From the NCBI GenBank assembly GCA_964599445.1, contig CAZRGJ010000001.1, positions 1-39,503 of the forward strand: a stretch of 39,503 nucleotides of DNA, given 5' to 3'. Positions within the stretch are counted from its first letter, which is position 1. Each line of letters starts with the position of its first letter. The stretch comes from an uncultured Planctomycetaceae bacterium (GTDB lineage Bacteria > Planctomycetota > Planctomycetia > Pirellulales > Thermoguttaceae). The translations under genes were made by a program, and so were the position numbers. Of the stretch, positions 26,852 to 34,752 are shown piece after piece. The notes below the pieces were generated by a model. That model was not told the DNA's origin. It saw nothing but the letters and a program-made list of their open reading frames with translations, and made no database searches.

Positions 26852-26960
26852 GCATTTCATCCTTTCCTCCGGATATTGAGAGTTTCTCCCAAACGCAGGG
26901 GATCCGTTTCATTCGGCACGCCCGACTTTTTTGTTTCGGCGTCCGCTTCCTGACTCCATT

Positions 26961-28304
26961 CTACCGGCGATAGGAAACCTGGCGTTCTGCGATTAGAAGT
27001 GCCATTTCCATCGACTGCTCGTAGTTCAGACGCGGGTCGACTTCCGTCTGGTAGTCTTTCACGAGATCCGCTTCCGTCAAGCCGCGGGCACCGCCGGTGC
27101 ATTCGGTGACGTTTTCTCCGGTCAGCTCGAAATGGATGCCGCCCAGATGCGTTCCTTCACGGTCAAGGATCCGCATCGCGCAGAGCAGTTCGCTCAGAAT
27201 GTCATCGAAACTGCGCGTTTTCAGACCATTTGCCGTCGAGTGCGTGTTGCCGTGCATCGGGTCGCTCATCCACAGAAGATTCCGTTTCTCGCGCATGACT
27301 GCTTCCACCAGCGGCGGCAGTTTTTCCTCGATCTGCGAGGCTCCAAAGCGGCAGGTGAGGCACAGTCGGCCTTTTTCGTTGCGCGGATTCAGGACTTTCG
27401 TCAGCTCGATCAGTTCATCCGGCTGCATCGTGGGACCGACCTTCACGCCGATCGGGTTGGCGATGCCGCGGAAGAATTCCACGTGCGCTCCGTCGAGCTG
27501 ACGGGTCCGTTCTCCGATCCACGGGAAATGCGTCGTCAGGTTGAACCACTCCTCTCGGCGCGGCACTCGGCGGGTCTGGGCCATTTCGTACGGAAGGTGA
27601 AGCCCTTCATGACTGCAGTAGAAGCGCGTTTCCGCCAGAGCGTCCATCGTGCCGGCGACGATCTCCATGAAATTGATCGATGTGCTGATCGACTGGAAAA
27701 TGTGGCGGTACTCGCGGGAATGCTCGCTCAGGTTCACGAAGCCGAGTTCCCAGTACTCCGGATGGTGCATGTCCGCAAAACCGCCGGCGATCAGACTCCG
27801 CATGAAGTTCAGCGTCATCGCCGCATGAGCGTAGCCGCGCAGCATGTTTTTCGGATCCGGGGTACGCGCTTCCGCCGTAAATTCCGGACTGTTGATCAGC
27901 GGACCGCGATAGCTCGGAAGCGTCACGCCGTCCTTCGTTTCCATATCCTTACTGCGCGGTTTGGCGTACTGCCCCGCAATTCGTCCGAGGCGAATGACGC
28001 GCTTTCGGCTTCCGTAGATCAAAATGTAGCTCATCAGGAGCAGGATCTTCAGCTTGCTCGTGATCCGGTCTGGTGAGCAGGCGTCGAAGGTTTCGGAACA
28101 GTCGCCCCCCTGAAGCACAAAATACTCGCCGTCTTCTGCGGCGGCCAATTCTTTGCGGAGCTGGGCGATCTCGCCGCTGGTCACCAACGGAGGAAGGGTG
28201 GAGATCTCCTGAACGACCGATTCAAACGCGGCAGGATCCGGATATTCAACCCACTGCTTGATCGGTTTGCTTTTCCATGATTCGGGATTCCAATCACTTT
28301 TCAT
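26961..28304 (-). CDS. 3-deoxy-7-phosphoheptulonate (DAHP) synthase, class II
   Basis: Class II (plant/actinobacterial type) features: W-x-P-x-SW near the N-terminus, PPLVTSGEIAQLRKELA, FVLQGGDCSETF, and ~447 aa. Start placed at ATG 28304, preceded by GAGGAA. It overlaps the upstream gene's stop (ATGA). Confidence 0.92.
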   Translation of the reverse strand: MKSDWNPESWKSKPIKQWVEYPDPAAFESVVQEISTLPPLVTSGEIAQLRKELAAAEDGEYFVLQGGDCSETFDACSPDRITSKLKILLLMSYILIYGSRKRVIRLGRIAGQYAKPRSKDMETKDGVTLPSYRGPLINSPEFTAEARTPDPKNMLRGYAHAAMTLNFMRSLIAGGFADMHHPEYWELGFVNLSEHSREYRHIFQSISTSINFMEIVAGTMDALAETRFYCSHEGLHLPYEMAQTRRVPRREEWFNLTTHFPWIGERTRQLDGAHVEFFRGIANPIGVKVGPTMQPDELIELTKVLNPRNEKGRLCLTCRFGASQIEEKLPPLVEAVMREKRNLLWMSDPMHGNTHSTANGLKTRSFDDILSELLCAMRILDREGTHLGGIHFELTGENVTECTGGARGLTEADLVKDYQTEVDPRLNYEQSMEMALLIAERQVSYRR

Positions 28305-29422
28305 AGTAATTCCTCGCAATTCATTTCCTTAAGTTTCTGAGTCACCTCACGCACTGATTCTTCGCAGTTCCGGTCAAAAACCAGAACGACTTCCGGCGTG
28401 ACGATGACAACCAGATCTTTCACTCCGCAGCACGCGACGGTTTTGCCCGCGTCTGTGTTTCGTATGGTGCAGTCTGTCGTTTTGATGAGGACCGGCTTTG
28501 GCATTTCGGGCGGAGACGCGAGCGTGTTGCCGCATTCGTCCTGCGGAAAATGCCGTTCCAGCGAACGCCACGAACCGACGTCGTCCCACTCAAAGGGGGC
28601 TGGAAGGAGCGCGACACTCCCGTCCTGTGCGGCTTTTTCCATCACGGCATAGTCGATCGAAATGCTCTCGATTTTGGGGAACTCGCGTTCTACGGTCTCT
28701 TCAAATTCCGCGGAATGCAGCGCGGACCGCATCTTCTCCACCGGTCCGTAAACTCCGGGAGCATGACGCCGGAGGTTTTCCAGGATCGTTTCGGCTTTCC
28801 AGACGAAAATTCCCGCGTTCCAGAAGAATGTACCGGACGCAATGTACTCCTGTGCCGTCTGCCGATCCGGTTTCTCGCGAAATCGGAGAACTTCAAAGGC
28901 CGGGATCCCGTTTTCAGAAACCATTTCAGTTTCTTTCAGTTCCGCTCCGCGTTCCACGTATCCGAACGACTCGGCAGGATACGTCGGCGGGATGCCGAGC
29001 GTCACGAGTTTTTCCGGAGCACGTTCCACGATCTCTGCCGCACGAAGGATGGTTTTCTGAAACGCTTCGACCGGCTGGATCAGATGGTCCGCAGGAAGAA
29101 GGACCATGACGGCGTCCGGATCCCGTTTCAGGCACCAGAGTGCCGCGAGCGCGATGCAGCCGGACGTATTGCGTGCGCACGGCTCAACGATGATGGAGTC
29201 TTCCGGAAGTTCCGGAACCTGTCGGGCAATGGCGTCACGAAGCCGTGTGCCGGTCGCGATCCCAATATTTTCCGGACGTACTGCAGGCAAAAGCCGGTCG
29301 ACGGTCCCCTGAAGAAAAGAGCGCGTTCCGGTAAACGTCATGAGCTGTTTCGGGAAGTTTCTGCGGCTCTCCGGCCACAGGCGCGTTCCGGAACCGCCTG
29401 CCATGATGATCGCATGAAGCAT
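28301..29422 (-). CDS. manC: Mannose-1-phosphate guanylyltransferase (GDP-mannose pyrophosphorylase, no PMI/cupin domain)
   Basis: N-terminal nucleotidyltransferase motif MLHAIIMAGGSGTRLWPESRRNFPKQL. 373 aa from ATG 29422, preceded by AAGGAG. Confidence 0.85.
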   Translation of the reverse strand: MLHAIIMAGGSGTRLWPESRRNFPKQLMTFTGTRSFLQGTVDRLLPAVRPENIGIATGTRLRDAIARQVPELPEDSIIVEPCARNTSGCIALAALWCLKRDPDAVMVLLPADHLIQPVEAFQKTILRAAEIVERAPEKLVTLGIPPTYPAESFGYVERGAELKETEMVSENGIPAFEVLRFREKPDRQTAQEYIASGTFFWNAGIFVWKAETILENLRRHAPGVYGPVEKMRSALHSAEFEETVEREFPKIESISIDYAVMEKAAQDGSVALLPAPFEWDDVGSWRSLERHFPQDECGNTLASPPEMPKPVLIKTTDCTIRNTDAGKTVACCGVKDLVVIVTPEVVLVFDRNCEESVREVTQKLKEMNCEELL

Positions 29423-29560
29423 TTTTCTTTTCTCCTTGGGGGGATTCAATTTCTGGGAAATGCCGCCTTCGCGTGATTTCAGGGAAAAACCGACTTTGAA
29501 ATTCCGCCGTCTGGGACCGCAAAACTTTTCAGGACGGTATGCATCCAATAAACTGGCTTC

Positions 29561-29588
29561 ATTATACTAAAAATCCGGTTTGACGCAA
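29561..29588 (-). promoter_or_regulatory. Candidate sigma70-like promoter for the manC / DAHP synthase operon
   Basis: On the minus strand: TTGCGT, a 16-nt spacer, then TATAAT, ~135 nt upstream of the manC ATG. Confidence 0.5.
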
Positions 29589-29632
29589 GGACTCACCATC
29601 AAATTCTTTTCAAAAAAATTGGAAAACCCGCA

Positions 29633-30667
29633 TCATTTTTCAGGTAGATCCTTCCCGATCCACAGAATATTCGGCGACGGATGCGTTTGGCGGAATTTTT
29701 CAATTTCAGATGAGGGATCCATCTCCGAAATGCTTTCTGCACGCGGTTGGATCCAGGCCAGTTTTTCCAGAGCAATGCGGCAGAAATCTTCCGTTTCTTC
29801 CGATTTCAGAAGCTCGTTCTTTTCTCCATCTGCGAGCATCAGCCAGATCGCGGTTTCTGCCCCAAACGTAAACGGAGCCAGATCGCGGCACAATTCCCAG
29901 ATCAGCGAGGCGGCGAGCGAAATGTTTTTTTCAGCGTTCCGGCTGTCCGGGTCCGTAAAATCTGCGATGAGAAAAACGGAAAGCGGCTGCGGTCCATCCT
30001 GTTTTGCCGCAAGAAGTTGACCGTGCCGTGCGGATGCTCGCCAATGGATCCTGCGCAGCGGCTCTCCTTCCGTCCAGAGACGCAGTCCCGCGAACTCGCC
30101 GTCGATGCTGCGGATCCCCTCTGCTGCGTTCGGCATGACGGCCTGCTCCCAGAATGCTTTCGTATCGATACGCTCCGGGAAGACCGTCAGGGACGCCGAT
30201 GAAGTCTGAAAGATCCGGCTCCAGCAAAACAGACCGAACGGATAGCTGCACGAGATCTGCACGGTTTTCGGTTCAAAGACCCCGCGGGACCGGATCTCCA
30301 GCGTGTAGTTCAGGAGCCGGTGCGTTTCGTTTTTTCGGAGAGTAAATTCCTGCACTTTCTCCAGGTGGAAAAGGAGCGGGACCCCAGGAAAGGGATAGAT
30401 CGACGTGCAGGAAAATCCGCTTCGGGAACGCGAGACCAGCTCGATCTCGCATGGAAAACATTCCCTGGCAAACACGCATTCCGGGAGACTCCTCTTCACT
30501 TCCATTCGGCGCAGGATCGGAAACGGGATCAGGAGATTCCACAGAAGAGGACCGAACAGGATCCCGGCAAGCAGAAGAAGCGGATTCGAATGGATCGAAT
30601 TGGCGGCTGCGCACGTCAAAAGCAAAAGCAGAAAAAAAACGGAACCGGGGAAAAATCGGATCTTCAT
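29633..30667 (-). CDS. DUF58 domain protein (MoxR-associated, vWA-like) with N-terminal membrane helices
   Basis: Conserved DUF58 segment GEFAGLRLWTEGEPLRRIHWRASARHGQLLAAK and hydrophobic N-terminus FFPGSVFFLLLLLTCAAA. 344 aa. Confidence 0.85.
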   Translation of the reverse strand: MKIRFFPGSVFFLLLLLTCAAANSIHSNPLLLLAGILFGPLLWNLLIPFPILRRMEVKRSLPECVFARECFPCEIELVSRSRSGFSCTSIYPFPGVPLLFHLEKVQEFTLRKNETHRLLNYTLEIRSRGVFEPKTVQISCSYPFGLFCWSRIFQTSSASLTVFPERIDTKAFWEQAVMPNAAEGIRSIDGEFAGLRLWTEGEPLRRIHWRASARHGQLLAAKQDGPQPLSVFLIADFTDPDSRNAEKNISLAASLIWELCRDLAPFTFGAETAIWLMLADGEKNELLKSEETEDFCRIALEKLAWIQPRAESISEMDPSSEIEKFRQTHPSPNILWIGKDLPEK

Positions 30668-30692
30668 GCGTGCACGCTCTGGAAAGGGGGTC

Positions 30693-30860
30693 GGTAAATT
30701 TCAGGGATCTTTGGAAAATGGGGGCGACAGTTTGGGAAATTTCGCGGGATCCGCAGGATCCATGAGGAATCGTGGAATCCATGAAGCTCCCGGGAAGTCA
30801 TGGAAATTTGGGCGAAATCAGGCGGGATCTGCGGACTTTGAGGAAATTTCGACAGGATCC
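30693..30860. repeat. Array of four GGAAATTTC(G)-N-GGGATC(C/T) motifs in the divergent DUF58/moxR intergenic region
   Basis: Copies at 30693..30710, 30734..30752, 30801..30830 and 30841..30860. The core GAAATTTC is an 8-bp palindrome. Confidence 0.6.
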
Positions 30861-30907
30861 GGGCCGGAATTTTTTCATTTTCTTCATTTTACCCGGAAAT
30901 GCCCCGC

Positions 30908-30935
30908 TTGTAAATCCCGGCCGGCGCGATATAAT
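30908..30935 (+). promoter_or_regulatory. Candidate sigma70-like promoter for moxR
   Basis: TTGTAA, a 16-nt spacer, then TATAAT (30930..30935), ~110 nt upstream of ATG 31045. Confidence 0.5.
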
Positions 30936-31044
30936 GAAAAAAAGACGTTTTTTTGAGGGAAAGTGTTTGCGTTTGGTCTGCCGGCGTCTTTGCTTCCCTT
31001 GGTTCCCCTTTGGTTTTCATTCAGATCGGTTTTCGTCAGGATCC

Positions 31045-32109
31045 ATGCTCACTCAACTTCAAAATCAGATCGAACGGGTTTTTCTCGGCAAGCCGGAAAC
31101 GGTCCAGCTCTGCCTGACGGCTTTTCTGGCTGGCGAGCACATTCTTCTGGAAGATGTTCCCGGAGTCGGGAAAACGCTTTTGGCGCGGACTCTTGCCCGC
31201 TGTGTGGACGGACAGTTTCGCAGGATCCAGTTTACTCCGGATCTTTTGCCTGCGGAGATCACGGGAAGCACCATCCCCGCGGCTTTCGAGATCTTCCGAA
31301 ACGAAACTCCCCGGAATGTTTCCGCAGACAGGCTCTCCGCTTCCCTCGGCGTCATGGAAAATGAGGAGATTCGAGGCGGCGCAGCGGCAGGAATGAGAAA
31401 TGAGGAGATCCGAGGCGGCACAGCAGCAGGAATGGCGGGGACGTCTTCCTGGAAATTCGTGCCCGGTCCGATCTTCGCAAATATCGTGCTGGCGGACGAG
31501 ATCAACCGTGCGGCTCCTCGGACGCAGAGTGCGCTGCTGGAGGCGATGGGGGAAGGTAGCGTCACGACAGAAGGGGAGACCCGTCCGCTTCCGGATCCGT
31601 TTTTCGTCATCGCGACCCAGAATCCCGCCGGTTTTGAAGGAACGTTTCCGCTTCCGGAAAGCCAGCTCGACCGTTTCCTGATGCGGATCCCGATCGGTTA
31701 TGCGCCGCGGGAAAGGGAAAAGCTGCTTCTTTCCCAGCGCCGGGTGCCGGAATCCGTACTGAGTCCCGTCCTGACGCTTAACGATGTCCGCAGACTGCGC
31801 GAAGAGGTCCAAAATGTGCACGTGGAAGACTCGATCGCGGACTACATGATGGACATCGTCTCGCAGACTCGGCAGGATCCCGGATGCCGGGTGGGGGTCA
31901 GTACGCGCGGACTTCAGGCTTTCTATCGTGCGGTCCAGGCCTGGGCGAAGATCCAGGGACGCGATTATGCGATCCCCGATGACGTGAAGTTTCTTGCCGT
32001 CCCGGTTTTGGCACACCGGATCCTGCTGCGGTCCTCATTTCGGCAGGAGACCCGGATGGAATCGGAAGCGTTCCTCCGGAAGCTCCTTGAGCGAGTCCTT
32101 GCGCCATAG
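31045..32109 (+). CDS. MoxR-family AAA+ ATPase
   Basis: Walker A LLEDVPGVGKT, Walker B IVLADEINRA, PFFVIATQNP and LPESQLDRFL. Start placed at ATG 31045 (MLTQLQNQIERVFLGK); the ORF track begins at 30772. It has an extra ~48 aa between ITGSTI and PGPIF. Confidence 0.92.
   Translation: MLTQLQNQIERVFLGKPETVQLCLTAFLAGEHILLEDVPGVGKTLLARTLARCVDGQFRRIQFTPDLLPAEITGSTIPAAFEIFRNETPRNVSADRLSASLGVMENEEIRGGAAAGMRNEEIRGGTAAGMAGTSSWKFVPGPIFANIVLADEINRAAPRTQSALLEAMGEGSVTTEGETRPLPDPFFVIATQNPAGFEGTFPLPESQLDRFLMRIPIGYAPREREKLLLSQRRVPESVLSPVLTLNDVRRLREEVQNVHVEDSIADYMMDIVSQTRQDPGCRVGVSTRGLQAFYRAVQAWAKIQGRDYAIPDDVKFLAVPVLAHRILLRSSFRQETRMESEAFLRKLLERVLAP
31354..31431 (+). repeat. 39-bp in-frame tandem duplication inside moxR
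   Basis: atggaaaatgaggagattcgaggcggcgcagcggcagga and atgagaaatgaggagatccgaggcggcacagcagcagga. They encode MENEEIRGGAAAG and MRNEEIRGGTAAG. Confidence 0.9.
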
Positions 32110-32276
32110 CGAACCGGTCGGCGTGTACTGTGGAAAAGAGGGGACGATGAGCAGAAATTTTTTGGGAAAATGCTGGAAATTTCTCTCCCCCCCTTCTTTT
32201 CATTTCAAAACTTTTCATTATAATATATCCGTCCAAATTCATCAAAAACGTGCCTCAAACTTACGGAGACCCCCTA

Positions 32277-33470
32277 ATGCAACTGAATCTTTCCCGACGT
32301 ATCGCTGCGCTGGAGCCGTCCGCGACGCTGACCATGGCCGCCAAAGCCAAAGAATTGAAAGCATCCGGCCGAAAAGTCATCAGCCTGAGCCTCGGCGAGC
32401 CGGATTTCAATACGCCCCAGCATATCTGCGATGCTGCCGTCAAAGCGATGCAGGAAGGAAAAACGCGCTACACCGTGGCGTCGGGGATCCCGGAACTGAA
32501 ACAGACGGTCTGCAAATTCTACCAGAGCCGTCATGGTCTCGAATACAAACCGGAAAACATCACGGTCTCCAACGGCGCGAAGCACTGCCTGCACAATGTC
32601 TTCACCGTCCTGATAGATGAAGGCGAAGAGGTCATCATTCCCGCTCCATACTGGGTCAGCTATGCCGAACTGGTCAAACTGGCCGGCGGTGTCCCGGTCA
32701 TCGTCGAGACCCGGCAGGAAGACGATTTCAAACTCACTCCGGAAGCCTTCCGCGCGGCCTGCTCGCCGAAGACGAAAGCTCTGCTTCTGTGCAGTCCCTC
32801 CAACCCGACGGGCAGTATGTACTCCGGCGAGGAACTCGGTGCGCTGGCGGACGTCGCCATCGAGAAAGACCTTTGGGTCATCGCGGATGAAATTTACGAA
32901 AATCTCGTCTACAGCGGGCACAAATTCGTCAGTTTCCCGACCGTCCGTCCGGAACTGATGGACCGTACGATCATCATTAACGGCGTCTCGAAGACCTACG
33001 CCATGACCGGATGGCGCATCGGCTGGACGTTCGCTCCGGCTGCCGTCGCGAAGAAAATGGCGAGCCTCCAGAGTCAGGAAACCTCCAATCCGTGCAGTAT
33101 TTCCCAGTACGCGGCCATGGCTGCTCTAGAATCTTCGCAGGATTGCGTCGAACAGATGCGTGCGGAATTTGAAAAACGCCGCGATTATGTCGCGGGCCGC
33201 ATCGCCGCGATCGACGGACTTTCCTGCGGCAATATGTACGGCGCGTTCTATGCGTTCGTGAACATTCAGCCCCATCTTGGACGCGAATACGGCGGAAAAA
33301 TGATCGAAACGGACACGGACTGGTGCCTTGAGCTGCTCGAAAAGAAGGGCGTCGCCACGGTCATGGGTTCCGCGTTCGGCGCACCGGGTTACGCGCGTCT
33401 CTCTTTCGCCAACAGTATAGAAGAGCTGAAGGACGCTTTCGACCTGATCGAAGAGTTTCTGAAGGACTAA
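32277..33470 (+). CDS. Pyridoxal-phosphate-dependent aspartate aminotransferase (class I)
   Basis: N-terminus LSRRIAALEPSATLTMAAKAKELKASGRKVISLSLGEPDFNTP and PLP-lysine region NGVSKTYAMTGWRIG. Start placed at ATG 32277, with GGAG 9 nt upstream. Confidence 0.9.
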   Translation: MQLNLSRRIAALEPSATLTMAAKAKELKASGRKVISLSLGEPDFNTPQHICDAAVKAMQEGKTRYTVASGIPELKQTVCKFYQSRHGLEYKPENITVSNGAKHCLHNVFTVLIDEGEEVIIPAPYWVSYAELVKLAGGVPVIVETRQEDDFKLTPEAFRAACSPKTKALLLCSPSNPTGSMYSGEELGALADVAIEKDLWVIADEIYENLVYSGHKFVSFPTVRPELMDRTIIINGVSKTYAMTGWRIGWTFAPAAVAKKMASLQSQETSNPCSISQYAAMAALESSQDCVEQMRAEFEKRRDYVAGRIAAIDGLSCGNMYGAFYAFVNIQPHLGREYGGKMIETDTDWCLELLEKKGVATVMGSAFGAPGYARLSFANSIEELKDAFDLIEEFLKD

Positions 33471-33529
33471 GAGTATCCGAAGGTCGCTGCATTTCAGAAG
33501 GACTGGATGTGTCCTGAAACGAGATCCGC

Positions 33530-33595
33530 AAAAGACGCGAAAGACACGAAACGAATTTGAAAAATCAAAATCACTTCGTGAATTTCGCGTCTTTT
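33530..33595. terminator. Long hairpin between the convergent aminotransferase and GH16 genes
   Basis: Perfect 13-bp arms aaaagacgcgaaa / tttcgcgtctttt, plus an inner 6-bp stem cacgaa / ttcgtg across a 2x2 internal loop. The arms carry A/T runs, so it could act in both directions. It overlaps the dispersed element. Confidence 0.55.
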
Positions 33596-33662
33596 TGTGA
33601 ATCTCGCGTTGAAAATTTTTCTTTTCGGCTCCTTCTGTGTGTCTTTTCTGTGTTTTCGGCGG
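33569..33662 (+). repeat. Copy of the ~92-nt dispersed intergenic element
   Basis: aatcacttcgtgaatttcgcgtctttttgtgaatctcgcgttgaaaat...cttctgtgtgtcttttctgtgttttcggcgg aligns with 71..162 (-) and partly with 335..533 (+). Confidence 0.6.
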
Positions 33663-33705
33663 CTGAGATCGTGCCGTGAAGCGGGACGCATCGTTTCCGA
33701 ATGAA

Positions 33706-34626
33706 CTATTTTTTCTTCCAGACGCGGATGTAGTCGATCTCGAAATCAAACGGATACTCGGCCTTCATGTCGAGCGGCCCGGTCCAGCCGGCGGCCTGAA
33801 ACATGGCGGCCAGAATGTACATTTCCTTCTGCGGAGTCTGTCCCTCGTAAATGCGGATCGGTTTTCCGTCCAGATACCACGTCAGACGCCCTTCTTCCCA
33901 GTTCAGCGCCCACGTGTGGAACTCCTCCGTAATGTCGAAATCGAACGCAAACGCATGGTGTCCGTTCGTCGTGAAATGCACATTAAAGAGATTCTCTTTC
34001 GGCGACCGGCCGAGCCATTCAAAAATGTCGATCTCCAGTGCCCCGTCTTTGAGACTTTTCCGCACACCTTCCGGCGTGTACTCCTGATTCTCCGCACCGA
34101 CCGAGTGCAGCCAGAATGCCGTGTAGCGTCCGCTTCCGCACTTCGGCATCCGGCACCGGATCTCAAACCAGCCGTACTTTTGGGAGAAACGGACTTCATC
34201 CTCGAATTTCCCAGTCTTCTCGTCGTGCCGATAGATCGCGGTCGTGATGCACGAAACGGTCAGCGTTTCCGGCGTCGGACGTTTCGGAAGCTCGCGGTCC
34301 ACCCGGAGTTTCAGAATACTGTCTCCCAGCAAATAGTGCGCCATCGGCGGCTGCGGCTGCCAGGCGCGTCCATGGGCATTCGGAAAACCGAGCTTCTGAT
34401 AGTACGCCATCCGTCCGAGACGATAGCCCGGGAACCATTTCGTCTGGTCGAGCGACTTCCCGCGGAAATCGTCTTCAAACGTCAGCGTCCACGCCGGGTC
34501 TTTTGAAGGATGAAATTCGCCGTCGGCTTCATTTCCATGAAGATCGTGTCTGGATCCCAAAGACGACAGCGCGAAAACGGCAAGCGGCAGTGTGCGCAGA
34601 AAGAAACGGCGGGAAAATTGGGACAT
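33706..34626 (-). CDS. Secreted glycoside hydrolase family 16 (beta-glucanase/laminarinase-like)
   Basis: GH16 catalytic motif E-I-D-I-F-E (GALEIDIFEW). Tat/Sec-like signal MSQFSRRFFLRTLPLAVFALSSLGS. AAGGAGG RBS upstream. Confidence 0.85.
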   Translation of the reverse strand: MSQFSRRFFLRTLPLAVFALSSLGSRHDLHGNEADGEFHPSKDPAWTLTFEDDFRGKSLDQTKWFPGYRLGRMAYYQKLGFPNAHGRAWQPQPPMAHYLLGDSILKLRVDRELPKRPTPETLTVSCITTAIYRHDEKTGKFEDEVRFSQKYGWFEIRCRMPKCGSGRYTAFWLHSVGAENQEYTPEGVRKSLKDGALEIDIFEWLGRSPKENLFNVHFTTNGHHAFAFDFDITEEFHTWALNWEEGRLTWYLDGKPIRIYEGQTPQKEMYILAAMFQAAGWTGPLDMKAEYPFDFEIDYIRVWKKK

Positions 34627-34684
34627 GATGGTCCTCCTTTCGGTTGGCGGGAGTGCGAAATGCAGGATCTCGCATTAAAATTCC

Positions 34685-34721
34685 AAAAAACGGCAGGAAA
34701 AACGAGTCGTCCTTCCTGCCG
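34685..34721 (-). terminator. Rho-independent terminator of lysC
   Basis: 9-bp stem cggcaggaa / ttcctgccg with a 13-nt loop. A T6 run follows on the minus strand, and a T-rich tract also follows on the plus strand. Confidence 0.7.
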
Positions 34722-34752
34722 TTTGTTCTTTTTAAGCCCAGTGGAACAAGAC

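Noticed and set aside
30772-31044. N-terminal extension of moxR as given in the ORF track; similar extensions at manC 29423..29548, lysC 36532..36594 and the 22320 gene 24027..24098
   Set aside because: The extensions lack homology to the families and contain intergenic repeat motifs. Internal ATGs with good RBS, or with conserved family N-termini, fit better.
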